From: Ignavibacteriota bacterium
GTDB lineage: Bacteria > Bacteroidota > Ignavibacteria > Palsa-1295
Reading direction: 5' to 3'
Length of the DNA stretch: 64,000 nucleotides
Assembly (NCBI GenBank): GCA_963787835.1
Contig: CAWBEI010000005.1
Location: 256,001-320,000 of the forward strand
The position numbers were made by a program, and so were the translations under genes. Position 1 is the first letter of the stretch, and each line of letters starts with the position of its first letter. Shown piece by piece: positions 9,963 to 20,579 of this stretch. The notes below the pieces were generated by a model. The model was given only the letters and a program-made list of their open reading frames with translations, was not told where the DNA came from and made no database searches.

Positions 9963-11174
9963 TTATTCCTTTTTGATAACTAGTCTTTCAATTCCTTCGG
10001 CGAAGGTGTCCCAGGAGTATTTTTTCTTCTCCTGCTTGACGCCTTCGGTGAGCCGGGGTTCGAGCGCCAACTGGAAATAGCGGAGTACGGCCTCGGCAAT
10101 GGCTTCGGGCGTGGCATCCTTGGCAATGATTCCGCTGATGCCATCGATGACGATCTCGGCCAGTCCGCCGACATTGGTGGCAATGACGGGGACATCGAAA
10201 TTGTAAGCGATCTGCACAATTCCGGATTGCGTCGCGGACCGGTAGGGCAGCACGGCCACATTCGCCGCGCTGAAATAGAGGGCCACGTCGTCGTTGGGAA
10301 TGTAGTCGGTGGCGAGCACAAGGTTCTTCGCAGGGATGCGGAGTTCTTGAATGAGAGAACGATATTCCTTCTCATCGCCATAGAACTCGCCGGCAACGAT
10401 GAGGCGAATTTCCGGCAGGGATTCGATAATACGCGGCATGGCTCGGAGCAGGATGTCGAGTCCCTTGTATTTTCGGATGTATCCGAAAAAGAGAATGGCT
10501 GGGGCGTCATCGGGGATCGAAAGTTTTTTGCGGGCTTCGGAGCGGTTGATGCGCTCGCCGAAGATCTCGTAAATGGGATGATCGAGCCGAATGAATTTTG
10601 CATTTGGAACGAGAGATTTCAGATCTTGCTCGACGGCTTCCGATTGGACGATAAAGCGATCGACCGCTCGGAACGCAAATTTGGTGAGCAGAATGTCACC
10701 CGGCCGCTTTTCATGCGGCAGGACGTTATCGGCAATGAATGCAATTTTGCATAGCTTGCCCTGTTTTCGGGTAAGCCGTTTGGCAGTGCGAGCGATCACT
10801 CCATAGGCTGGAGCGAAGAATGGGATCCAATATTTGAAGAGGATTAGATCGGGCTTGAACTTCGCGGCTTCTATTCCAGCGTTTCTCCAGGTGAGGGGAT
10901 CGATGGAGTCGATTATTATGTCGGTGGTCACAGCCCCCTCACCCAGCGCACCTTCGGTGCGCGTCCCTCTCCCCACTTCGTGGGGCGAGGGTTTGGTGGC
11001 GGCGGATGATTCTTCCTGAGATTTTCCGGGGAACAGGAACTTTGGATATTGGCGCTTGAACGTAATAATCTTTACATCATGACCACGCTTTACCAGCGTT
11101 TGACTCAGCAGCGAAACATAATGCGCGATACCACCGCGCAGGGGATAGGCCGTTCCAACGATAACGATCCTCAT
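9963..11174 (-). CDS. GT4 glycosyltransferase carrying an in-frame palindromic insert
   Basis: FFGYIRKYKGLD, LPYRSATQSG, TNVGGLAE. Confidence 0.92.
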   Translation of the reverse strand: MRIVIVGTAYPLRGGIAHYVSLLSQTLVKRGHDVKIITFKRQYPKFLFPGKSQEESSAATKPSPHEVGRGTRTEGALGEGAVTTDIIIDSIDPLTWRNAGIEAAKFKPDLILFKYWIPFFAPAYGVIARTAKRLTRKQGKLCKIAFIADNVLPHEKRPGDILLTKFAFRAVDRFIVQSEAVEQDLKSLVPNAKFIRLDHPIYEIFGERINRSEARKKLSIPDDAPAILFFGYIRKYKGLDILLRAMPRIIESLPEIRLIVAGEFYGDEKEYRSLIQELRIPAKNLVLATDYIPNDDVALYFSAANVAVLPYRSATQSGIVQIAYNFDVPVIATNVGGLAEIVIDGISGIIAKDATPEAIAEAVLRYFQLALEPRLTEGVKQEKKKYSWDTFAEGIERLVIKKE

Positions 11175-11177
11175 GGT

Positions 11178-11978
11178 TTACGAAACGCTTTCGGCGCTGT
11201 ACCGCGCAATGAGGCCGGTCCTGACAGCGTGGTAGTATTGAATCCGGAAGAACCATGCTGCGAGCAGCACATAGACGATGGCCAGCGAGCAGCCGATCAG
11301 GACGGAATCCGTTGGAACCTGCTGACCATGAACGACGGCTCGCAGCGCTTCGAAGATGTAGGAAGCAGGAAGTATTCGGGCTACAGGTTGCAGCCACATC
11401 GGAAGCGCTGAAACAGGATAAAATACTGCCGCGACGGGAGCCAGCACTGCCGGCATGGGCCAGATGAACCACTCGGCAGCGGGACCAAGCCGGAGGACAA
11501 TACCAATGGCAAAAATTCCAAATGCAATACCGAAGAGAAACAAGCCGAGAACAAGAATTAGGACGATGAAACCATACGAAAAGATCCAAAGGCCAAAGAC
11601 GAGACCAGCGAGAAGCAGCATGATGACAAGGCCGAAAATGCTTGTCAGCATGCTGGCGGCGATGAGTCCACCGAGATATTCTGAAATTCGAAGCGGGGTT
11701 GCGAACATATTCAGGAAATTACGCGACCAGACATCTTCGAAAAATGAGGTGGAAATACCGAACATAGCTCTGGTGAAAAAATCCCAAAGCAAAACGGCGC
11801 CGAGCATCGTCGAAACGAAATTAAAGCTGGACTGGACGGTATCTAAATACCTCGTGATAAAACCCCAGAGGATAATATCAATGGCAGCCCATGCGAAGAG
11901 TGGAAAAATGCGAGTAAAACTACCACGCATCAAATAGAAAATGCGAAGAACAATGGCTGAAGCACGGCGGAAATTCAT
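11178..11978 (-). CDS. ABC-2 type permease
   Basis: About six TM helices; FYPVSALPMWLQ; translationally coupled to the ATPase. Confidence 0.9.
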   Translation of the reverse strand: MNFRRASAIVLRIFYLMRGSFTRIFPLFAWAAIDIILWGFITRYLDTVQSSFNFVSTMLGAVLLWDFFTRAMFGISTSFFEDVWSRNFLNMFATPLRISEYLGGLIAASMLTSIFGLVIMLLLAGLVFGLWIFSYGFIVLILVLGLFLFGIAFGIFAIGIVLRLGPAAEWFIWPMPAVLAPVAAVFYPVSALPMWLQPVARILPASYIFEALRAVVHGQQVPTDSVLIGCSLAIVYVLLAAWFFRIQYYHAVRTGLIARYSAESVS

Positions 11979-12739
11979 ACAACCACCCCCGGTTCTAAGG
12001 AAAGAGGTTCGCGGGCCACGGTTACGAAGAGATCTTCGAGGGAGCTTTTGCCATGCTCGGCTGGGAGCTTCTTTGGATCGCCTTCAAGTAATATTTTACC
12101 TTTGGAGAGGAATAGGACTCGATCGCAAACATCGGTCACTTCGTACATATTGTGGGATGTCCACAGAGCTCCGACAGGATTCCGATGCACGAATTCAACG
12201 ATGGTTTCGCGGATATACCGGGCTGCGGATGGATCGAGCGAAGCGGTTGGTTCATCGAGAAGCAGCAGAGGAGGTTTGTTCAACAGGGCTTTTGCAAGTC
12301 CGGCGCGGGTTTGTTCGCCAGAAGAAAGCACCCCGCATTTCGTCTTCCGAAAATTCTTCAGATCAAAGGCTTCTAACATTTCCTCAATGCGCTGCGAAAG
12401 ATTTGGAACTCCGTAGAGCATTCCGAAAATGCGAAGATTTTCCACGACGGTTAAATTCCCAGGCAGCGGTGCATACACAGCCGCAAAATTCGTATTCTGT
12501 AGAGCGAGAGACCGATGCTTCGCAAGATCGATGCCATCTATAGTAACCGTTCCAGATGTCGGCTCAAGCACGCCAAGGATGACACTGATCGTCGTTGTCT
12601 TTCCAGCGCCATTGGGGCCGAGAAGTCCGACGATCTCATTTGGATTTACATCAAAGGAGATACCATCGACTGCTAACGTTTCGCCATACATCTTCCGAAG
12701 TTCATGGACGGCAAGCACCGGTGAGATATTGGAGGTCAT
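11975..12739 (-). CDS. ABC transporter ATP-binding protein
   Basis: GPNGAGKTT, LSSGE, LLLDEPT. Confidence 0.95.
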   Translation of the reverse strand: MTSNISPVLAVHELRKMYGETLAVDGISFDVNPNEIVGLLGPNGAGKTTTISVILGVLEPTSGTVTIDGIDLAKHRSLALQNTNFAAVYAPLPGNLTVVENLRIFGMLYGVPNLSQRIEEMLEAFDLKNFRKTKCGVLSSGEQTRAGLAKALLNKPPLLLLDEPTASLDPSAARYIRETIVEFVHRNPVGALWTSHNMYEVTDVCDRVLFLSKGKILLEGDPKKLPAEHGKSSLEDLFVTVAREPLSLEPGVVV

Positions 12740-13938
12740 CTTATGCGCTTTACATTTTTATGACCCTTCGCTGTCTTCTGTTTGCGCTTGATAGAGGGTT
12801 TGTTCAGTACTTGCTCATAAACTGCCTCATAGATTGGCACGATACGCTCTTTGGCGAATTCTTTTGTTGCTCGATCGTACGCTGCTTTTGAAACACGAGT
12901 GTGGAGCTTTTTATCGGTCAGGAGGTCGATAGTTCGCTCAGCGAGTGCTTCCGTATCGCCTACAGGAACCACAAATCCTGTTCTGCCATCGACATTGAGT
13001 TCCGGCAGTCCACCAACATCGCTGGAAACCACTGGAAGGCCGCAGGCCATTGCCTCAAGGGCGGACAGACCGAAGCTTTCATTACCGGAAGGCATCAGGA
13101 ATACGTCGCTTGCTGAAAGTACGGATGCGAGTTCGCTTTGCTTACCGAGAAATCTGGTTTGCTGCCAAATTCCCAGTTCCCGAGCAAGGGCCTGGCACTC
13201 GCCACGGTCAGGGCCATCGCCAATGAGAAGCAATTTAGCTTTCACGCCGCGCTCGAGAATGATCTTTAGCGCAAGGATGGTATCCTTTACCCGCTTTACC
13301 TCCCGGAAGTTGGAAGTATGCACAAGAAGCTTCTCTCCGTTGGGAGCAAGCAATCGTTTGAGATTTTTAGAATCGACAGGTCGAAACACTTCGGTATCGA
13401 TAAAATTTGGAATGACTTCGATCTCTTTTTCAACATCGTAATTATTGATGGTCTCATCGCGCAGGAATTTGGAGACGGCGGTAACCGCATCGGAACATTC
13501 GATCGAAAATTTCATCAATGGTTCGAAGCTGGGCTCGAGTCCGACAAGCGTGATGTCCGTTCCATGCAACGTGGTAACGATCTTGATGTCATTCTTCAGA
13601 ATTTGCTTGGCGAGAACAGCGGCTGTCGCATGTGGAATGGCATAATGCGCGTGAATCAAATCGAGCTTTTCGAAACGGGCAACTTCCACCATCGCACTTG
13701 TGAGCGCCATCGAGTACAATGGAAATTCGAAAAGGGGATACGTGGACATCTCGACTTCGTGGTAAAAAATATTATCGAGATAGCGAGCATCCTCATGGCC
13801 CGCGCCGGTGAGCCGCATGGGCAAGGCATACGTGATGAAATGTACGTGGTGTCCGCGCTCCGCGAGCGATTTTCCGAGTTCTGTTGCTATGACGCCCGAA
13901 CCGCCATAGGTGGGGTAACAAGTAATGCCGATATTCAT
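12736..13938 (-). CDS. bshA: N-acetyl-alpha-D-glucosaminyl L-malate synthase (bacillithiol biosynthesis)
   Basis: MNIGITCYPTYGGSGVIATELG, HAHYAIPHA, TTLHGTDITLVG, SNFREVKR. Confidence 0.95.
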   Translation of the reverse strand: MNIGITCYPTYGGSGVIATELGKSLAERGHHVHFITYALPMRLTGAGHEDARYLDNIFYHEVEMSTYPLFEFPLYSMALTSAMVEVARFEKLDLIHAHYAIPHATAAVLAKQILKNDIKIVTTLHGTDITLVGLEPSFEPLMKFSIECSDAVTAVSKFLRDETINNYDVEKEIEVIPNFIDTEVFRPVDSKNLKRLLAPNGEKLLVHTSNFREVKRVKDTILALKIILERGVKAKLLLIGDGPDRGECQALARELGIWQQTRFLGKQSELASVLSASDVFLMPSGNESFGLSALEAMACGLPVVSSDVGGLPELNVDGRTGFVVPVGDTEALAERTIDLLTDKKLHTRVSKAAYDRATKEFAKERIVPIYEAVYEQVLNKPSIKRKQKTAKGHKNVKRIR

Positions 13939-14000
13939 AAAGTTGAAAGAAAACAAAGGCTATCCGCACTTCGTCCCTTCCAAAACTGTTGGGACGCTCA

Positions 14001-14636
14001 ATGCCTGCTGAGGATTTTTATTATACCATTGAATCGCATGTTCGCGCGCCTGACTTTAAAGTAAAAGGCTCGCGATTCATTGCCGATCTGCTGCCTGTTT
14101 CGACAAAGGCGGAGGTCGATCATGCGCTTGTAAAGATTCGTAAGGAATTTCACGATGCTTCGCATCATTCATTTGCGTATCGCCTTGGGCCGGAAGCATT
14201 GCTGGTTCGTGCGGCTGACGATGGCGAACCAACCGGCACTGCTGGTAAGCCAATTCTGCTTGTGCTGACGTCTCGGAAAATAACGAACGTGCTCCTTGTC
14301 GTCACTCGCTTTTTTGGAGGTACAAAGCTTGGTACGGGTGGACTTGCGCGTGCCTATGCCGAAGCAGCGCAACAGACTGTTTCAATGTCGAAGGTTGTGA
14401 AAGTGTACCTGACCAAAACGGTGTCACTGGAAGTGCATTATGAAGATCTGCCTGCTATGGAGCGGCTAATTCATTTATTCGAAGGGGAAATCCGAGAAAC
14501 AACGTATCTTTCGAGTGTCTCGCTTACTGTTGCGGTTCGGTTATTTAAGCTAGAACCATTCCTTGCGGCAGTTATGGATTCCTTTCATGGCCGGGTTAGG
14601 CTGGGCTCGATCGAAGGAATTGCCACTCCGCAGTGA
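14001..14636 (+). CDS. YigZ/IMPACT family protein
   Basis: KGSRFI, DDGEPTGTAG, VTRFFGGTKLGTGGLARAY. Confidence 0.93.
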   Translation: MPAEDFYYTIESHVRAPDFKVKGSRFIADLLPVSTKAEVDHALVKIRKEFHDASHHSFAYRLGPEALLVRAADDGEPTGTAGKPILLVLTSRKITNVLLVVTRFFGGTKLGTGGLARAYAEAAQQTVSMSKVVKVYLTKTVSLEVHYEDLPAMERLIHLFEGEIRETTYLSSVSLTVAVRLFKLEPFLAAVMDSFHGRVRLGSIEGIATPQ

Positions 14637-14676
14637 GTTAATGATTGACCAATGGGTCATAATTTATATGAATCCG

Positions 14677-16966
14677 TTACGGATACGTTCCATGAGTCGG
14701 TAGTGGTCCAAATGCAGAATGGAGAAGTAGTTCAAAGCGGAGTTCGCCAACTTGCATCTCGACTGTTTCCCTGCAAATGGAGGGAGCATAGTCAGTGGCA
14801 AACATTAAGTCATTACTTATGCGAGAATATCCTTCTGGCAATGAAGCAAAGTGAATTGCCATGAGTGAGATGCCAAGAGAGTCCTTCTGAGTTAATAGCC
14901 TTGTATTCAAACTCCTAATTCGTCCATGTTCGACCATGAAGTTTGGGTTACTAAACGGATCACATCCAGCAGCGGAAGTAAGCTCCCCCTTTCGTTCGAG
15001 TAGCACTCCTTGCATAAAGTCGAGGGCAAAAACTGTGCGATCGAATCCTGTATCGAGGTGGTGTTTACTTAATATTTTGAGAAGTGAATCAATGCTATCT
15101 CCAGGAGCTCTGTTTTTTAGATATTCATTACGCAACCAGAAAAATCCAGTCTGGCCCGACGTCTGAATGCAGAAGAAGTTTATGCGCATAAGCAGAGAGA
15201 AATGTTCCACTGCTGACTTTTACAGCAAGCGCAACAGTATATAGACTATCGGCGGAAAGTGTGTTGCCTGTAAGAGCCTGAAGATCCGCGCGGCGAAGAT
15301 CGAGCACTACATTCTGTTTCCGAACGATGGGGTTGTGTGTTGTATCAAGAATCGAAATGGCTTGGCTCAGATCGTTCTGTCTGAGAAACGTATTTGAAAG
15401 TCCTATAAGCGACTCGATACCGCCCCCGGCATTCAAAGCAGAGCGATAATAAGCCTGCGCTGTGCTATAGTTTCCATTGAGGTATGCATTATGCCCTTGA
15501 CGATTGAGTTTCCCGATTCTTCGCAGGCAGGGATTGTAAATTATGGAAGCCCGGTCATAATAATATCGAAAGTGCTCCGAATCGTCGGCATCCATTGGCG
15601 TCATCATAGGCGCGAGCCAGCGTTGCCATTCAGATTCAAGCGAATCGAGCGGCTTGCGATATTCTTTCTTCCAATCAAGCGAAGCATAGACATGGTTGAA
15701 CTGGGTGGGTCCATACGTACTCAGGAGATAGCGCGAAAACGATCCAGCAAGTACATAGCTCTTCTGGGAAGCATTTGCTGCAAAGCCAGTAAATGACATT
15801 ACCTCCTTCACGCCGTTCGCATAGTGCATTTGGAGAATTCGAGCGGCATGCTCATCGAGCGTGTAGATGCCATCGTATTCCGGTTCGACGGACATGGCAG
15901 CGCCTTCGGTCAGCCCCGTTGACCAACTTACATAAAAGGGGAATACACCTTTCTCCCGAAGTAGGACATGGGTAAGTTCGTGCTTCAAGGATTCTAAATT
16001 CTCTTTAGCAATATGTACTTCGCCAAGCCAGGGTTTTGAGATGGAAGCAGTTCGGGTTCCTATGAGCGAGAACATCGCATCACTTGAAGGATAGATATAG
16101 ATTCTGATCGGATCCTTTGGAGGTTGAAGTTCAAATCGACCTTTAATAGCATCCAGATACCAGCGAACATCTCGCTCGATCTTTTCGAGTTCATCACTTG
16201 AAAGTGAGCCGGGGGCATAATAGATGGTGCAATTTGAAACTGGTCGTACAATATTCTTTAGATTTTTTTCAACGGCATTGTGTGATGTTGTAATGTGAAA
16301 CTCATCGTTAAAAAAGAAGAGTGAAGTGGTAATGATGCTAAGAATAAGGACCCACCAATTTGCTCGCCTTTTACTATGAAATCCGTAAGCGAGCAGAAGT
16401 ACTAAGATTACCCAAGTAATATTCTCGATTCGAAAGATGAGATAGGAATTCGTTAATTCGAGGGATTCATCCCAAACAATTCCCGGGAAAAATCCATATT
16501 GCCAGCCGTACGTATAAAGCTGTGGGTTAAGATAGCCAGGTAAAAAAGAGAGAAAAAGTGTGATGATCCAAAAACCAATAAAAAGAAAAACTGCCTTTGA
16601 TCGTTTTTTCAAAAGCCATGAACATGCAAGTCCAAACAGTCCGCCGAGAAGGGCACTGGGGTACCCGATCTCTAAATAAAAGACAAGACCATCCCAGAAT
16701 GAGCAGTTAGGAATGAATGGGAGTGAAAGGATGGAAATGACTAATGGGACCGAAGCAACCAGAAGACAATCGAGAATAACCTCCCGAATTTCAGCCCACT
16801 GAGTCGATTTTGTCTTTTTAGGAATGGTAGCTGAAATCCCACATACCAGGCTCAAGGCCAATGCCATGATGGTAGAATACTCGAACCCCAGAATGGCAAA
16901 GAGCGGGCTTGAAAAGCTGATAACAAGCAGCGAAAGGAGGGCGATAATGCTGGCCAGGAAAATCAT
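14677..16966 (-). pseudogene. Membrane protein with HExxH peptidase MA-like domain and TPR-like region, frameshifted near 15140
   Basis: HELTH...TEGAA. ORFs 15128..16966 and 14677..15210 join if one T of a T5 run is removed. Confidence 0.65.
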
Positions 16967-17071
16967 GGAGACGAAAATACTCTATTTTTTGACGGATTCA
17001 GCACATACGTGGCATTTTTTTTCGTAACTTTGTAGGAAAGTTAGGTTTTTAGTCATCCGAAGACACATAAC

Positions 17072-17377
17072 ATGGCATCCAGCACCCTCGTAACAATTAC
17101 TTACCGCGTCGCCGACGCAAAACGGTTCGAACTTGAAGCAATTCTACTTCCGCTTGTGGAGAAAATTAACTCTCTCCAGCAAACTGTCCGCTTTTCTGTC
17201 TATCAGGAGGAAGATGAACCCTCGGAGTTCGTTGAAGTCTATGAATGCGATTCTCCGGATGACTACGACGCGCTCGAAGACGATCTCGATGAAGAGACTC
17301 GCGAGCAGATCCGTCGTATAGCGACCGATTTTGCGCAAACACGGCAAGCCGTGATGAGCCTCCGGAAACTTGCTTAA
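17072..17377 (+). CDS. Small acidic hypothetical protein
   Basis: Clean ORF downstream of a CGTAACTTTG promoter-like box; possible ABM-like fold (inference). Confidence 0.7.
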   Translation: MASSTLVTITYRVADAKRFELEAILLPLVEKINSLQQTVRFSVYQEEDEPSEFVEVYECDSPDDYDALEDDLDEETREQIRRIATDFAQTRQAVMSLRKLA

Positions 17378-17411
17378 GCTCTGCTAGGAATTAGTGTATT
17401 TGATCTCGCCG

Positions 17412-20400
17412 CTAAAAATCTTCACCAAGGGAAATGATATAAACCGGTGGGGACCATGTTTCGATGTTCGTGGTCCAGGCGAGATCGAAGTGAATATAGA
17501 ATCCAAATAGGTAGGTTCGAATTCCCGTGCCGGTCGAAAGCAATAACTGCCGTGTTTCCCAATTGCCGGTGGCAACGTCCTTTTGAAAGAAATAAATGTC
17601 GTGGTCCCACGCCGCGCCGGCATCGATGAACGAATCTCCGAAAAAGGCTATTGGAAACCCACCTATCGTGATAGGAAATGGGTAGCGTAACTCGAGATTT
17701 CCAATAGTGTAATGTGTCCCGATCTCGGCATCATAGGCAAATCCTCGGAGTGGTAAACCCGGAGTGAAGAATGCAAAATCCTGCGGTGACGTGATAGGAA
17801 TTCCTTGTGTCTGATAAAATGGATTGATCCAGCTATCGACGCCGCCAATAAAGAAATTTTGAGGAGTAGGTCCGAAACTGGCAGCACCGGTAATACGAGC
17901 TGCTAATGAAAATTGTCCGACGATCTTAAAATATTGCCGAAGATCGAACTGAGGAGTGACGAAGCCAAGCCAATTCGATGAGATCATAGGAGCTGCTGAG
18001 ACGCTCAGATTGATTCGACTTCCATCGATGGGATAAAAATAGCTTTCTAAGGCATCGTCATGCACATAGGAGATCTGTGGAAAAATCGCGTACGCCGTTT
18101 TCGTGGGAACATTTTGGCTCACAATGAGATCCTTTTGAAAGATAGATCCTGTGAGTGAGAGATCGATCCTTGAAAATCTCGAGAGCGGATATGCCGCAAC
18201 GCCGGCAATTCCGGTAGAGGTAAAACGCGCAATAGGGTAGGCTACGTTGGGGGCATCGGGATCGGAAACCTCTTCAACGAACGCCGCGCTATGGTATCCT
18301 TGTATGCCCCAGTTAATACGATTAGTAAGGTTGTAATAGGCGCCCAGATAGTCAGAATTTTTCAGATCAATAATAAGATTTGTGGCAAAGAAAAGTTGTT
18401 GATTGCCAAGTTCGTCTGAAAATAACATTTGCGTAGTTCCCTGCAAGCCATAGAACCCCGTATATCCGGCAGATCCAATGATAACATCGGGTGAAAAGAC
18501 AGTCCGGTATTGATGAGCAATGTATTGCCCGGAGGTGTCCTTGTAGTTCGTTACAACTTCCGCAGGGAGCTTATGCTCGTTTTGCATGATCGTTCCGCGG
18601 TTCTCAGTCGGGTTATTGCTATACACGTAATTGTGAAGATCCACGCCGACGTTGCCGTAGCCTTTGGCGGTGTCCTGATTAACCGTTCGGTTAGACGTAT
18701 CCAATCTTGCGACCAGGCGTCCGCCATCATTCTTTCGGAACTCGGTTAATGGGAGCGAATCGACATGCAGCGAAGAGGGATTTCGAATCAAACATAGATC
18801 GTACGCTCCTTTGTGCATTGTAGAGAAGCAGAGCTTTGTCCCATCATACGAGAGTGAAATTTGATCTATTTTTGAAACGGAATTTGTGAGAGGGCGGGAA
18901 TGGGAACCGTCCGAATCTGCAATATAGATATTATTGATGCCATTGGCATCGCTAATGTAATAGAGTTTATTATCCTGGGCCATGATCGGATAATATTCAT
19001 TCGCGATCGGTGATGACGTGATCCGAGAGATGGTGTTCTTTGTGAGGTCATAGCGATAAATATCGCGGTTCGGGCTTTCGAAAAATACATCGCTTGGGTA
19101 GGATATAGGATACTGACCGGGGATTATATTATTTTCGCGTTCGCTTGTGAAGTAGATCGCCTTCGAATCAGGCGACCACGATGGTTCGTGATCGGAAAAA
19201 GCATCGTTCGTAAGATTTCGAGCCTGCTCCTTATCCAGATCGTAAAGATAAATATCAGACTGTCCGCCTTTAGTAGCAACGAACGTAAGGAACTTGCCAT
19301 CCGGTGACCATTTGAGTCCACCAATCCCATCGACATCGATATTTGGTAATTTCCTTTGCGGCTCATTCCCATTGACGTCAAGAATGAATATGGCGTCCGT
19401 CTCGCCAGCTTTCGAGGCCAGTGCAACATGTTTGGCATCCGGAGCCCAGCTTAGCCCCGGCGAAAGTAAATGAAGTTCTTCAAAATTAGTACTCGCACCG
19501 CCACCTCCCAGGATCTTCTTGATCTTCCCTTGTTGGGTAAGGCTCTGAACATACACATCATAGTAGCCATTTCTGTCGCTAATAAAAGCCACGACATCTC
19601 CTTGCGGAGAGACCGATGGCGAGACGTTCATATAGCCTCCGACCTTCTTGTGATCGGCAAGCACCTCGGCATAATCGCTGGGGTCTTCGAACCGCGAAAT
19701 GTCCGGGAAGTAAAGAACTTTAAGTGCCGCAAGGAACTTATCGCCGAACTCACTGACCGACATCCCGAACGTCGATCGAAAACCGGATTCTACACTGTGG
19801 CTGAACTGGATCCTGTGGAGTAGCTCGCCAACTTTTTCAGGTCCATATTTTTGAGAAATATACCAATACATCGTTTGTCCAACGCGGTATTGTACATATC
19901 CACCCAATCGCGCAAGTGGGGGAACGGCATCGTTCAGCGTGGCATCGCGCATAAACATATCTGTTTCGATGTCGAGGCCATGTAACGAGTTAAATTCAGC
20001 AAGACCTTCATTCATCCAACTCGGAATTTCCATTCCGCCGCCGGTCAGCAACGATTGATATGTTCCGCCAATGAACATATCGTTAACCACGGCATGCGTT
20101 AGTTCGTGATGAATGACGTGACGAAACAGCTCATAATCGCCCTCGAACGGGATCACAACCCGGTTTTTCAATAGCTCGGTTACGCCACCAACACCTTCCG
20201 GCAGAAATTCCCCGACCGCATTGGTTTGCTGAAAATCGTTATGGGAATCATAAACAAGGATCGCTACCCGATTCGTGATGTCGTATTGCATAACGCGCTC
20301 GATTGAATCGAGGGCGCGTTCGGCATGATCGGCAACAAACTCTGCGAGTATCTTTCCGCCCTGATAAAAATAGACATCGAAATGTGGCGACTGGATAAAT

Positions 20401-20576
20401 TGCCAGTTAAAATCCTTGTATTCAACTTTATTCTTACCATAGATCGCACCGACCTGCGCTCTTGCTGGCGCGGAAAAGATGAAAGATGAAAGATGAAAGA
20501 TGAACAGAACAGCGAATAAGTTCAGCCACTTAATCGCGAGTAAAAAAGGAAGGTTTTTAGAGAAATTTAATTTCAT
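17412..20576 (-). CDS. Peptidase MA-like + PD40/TolB propeller + Omp85 (BamA/TamA) family protein
   Basis: HELTH...NEGLAE, WSPDG repeats, LRGF motif and a C-terminal Phe. Confidence 0.88.
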   Translation of the reverse strand: MKLNFSKNLPFLLAIKWLNLFAVLFIFHLSSFIFSAPARAQVGAIYGKNKVEYKDFNWQFIQSPHFDVYFYQGGKILAEFVADHAERALDSIERVMQYDITNRVAILVYDSHNDFQQTNAVGEFLPEGVGGVTELLKNRVVIPFEGDYELFRHVIHHELTHAVVNDMFIGGTYQSLLTGGGMEIPSWMNEGLAEFNSLHGLDIETDMFMRDATLNDAVPPLARLGGYVQYRVGQTMYWYISQKYGPEKVGELLHRIQFSHSVESGFRSTFGMSVSEFGDKFLAALKVLYFPDISRFEDPSDYAEVLADHKKVGGYMNVSPSVSPQGDVVAFISDRNGYYDVYVQSLTQQGKIKKILGGGGASTNFEELHLLSPGLSWAPDAKHVALASKAGETDAIFILDVNGNEPQRKLPNIDVDGIGGLKWSPDGKFLTFVATKGGQSDIYLYDLDKEQARNLTNDAFSDHEPSWSPDSKAIYFTSERENNIIPGQYPISYPSDVFFESPNRDIYRYDLTKNTISRITSSPIANEYYPIMAQDNKLYYISDANGINNIYIADSDGSHSRPLTNSVSKIDQISLSYDGTKLCFSTMHKGAYDLCLIRNPSSLHVDSLPLTEFRKNDGGRLVARLDTSNRTVNQDTAKGYGNVGVDLHNYVYSNNPTENRGTIMQNEHKLPAEVVTNYKDTSGQYIAHQYRTVFSPDVIIGSAGYTGFYGLQGTTQMLFSDELGNQQLFFATNLIIDLKNSDYLGAYYNLTNRINWGIQGYHSAAFVEEVSDPDAPNVAYPIARFTSTGIAGVAAYPLSRFSRIDLSLTGSIFQKDLIVSQNVPTKTAYAIFPQISYVHDDALESYFYPIDGSRINLSVSAAPMISSNWLGFVTPQFDLRQYFKIVGQFSLAARITGAASFGPTPQNFFIGGVDSWINPFYQTQGIPITSPQDFAFFTPGLPLRGFAYDAEIGTHYTIGNLELRYPFPITIGGFPIAFFGDSFIDAGAAWDHDIYFFQKDVATGNWETRQLLLSTGTGIRTYLFGFYIHFDLAWTTNIETWSPPVYIISLGEDF

Positions 20577-20579
20577 CTT

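Noticed and set aside
11941-14064. Long antisense ORFs (11941..12543, 12851..13441, 13318..14064 and similar elsewhere)
   Set aside because: Shadow frames opposite well-supported genes.
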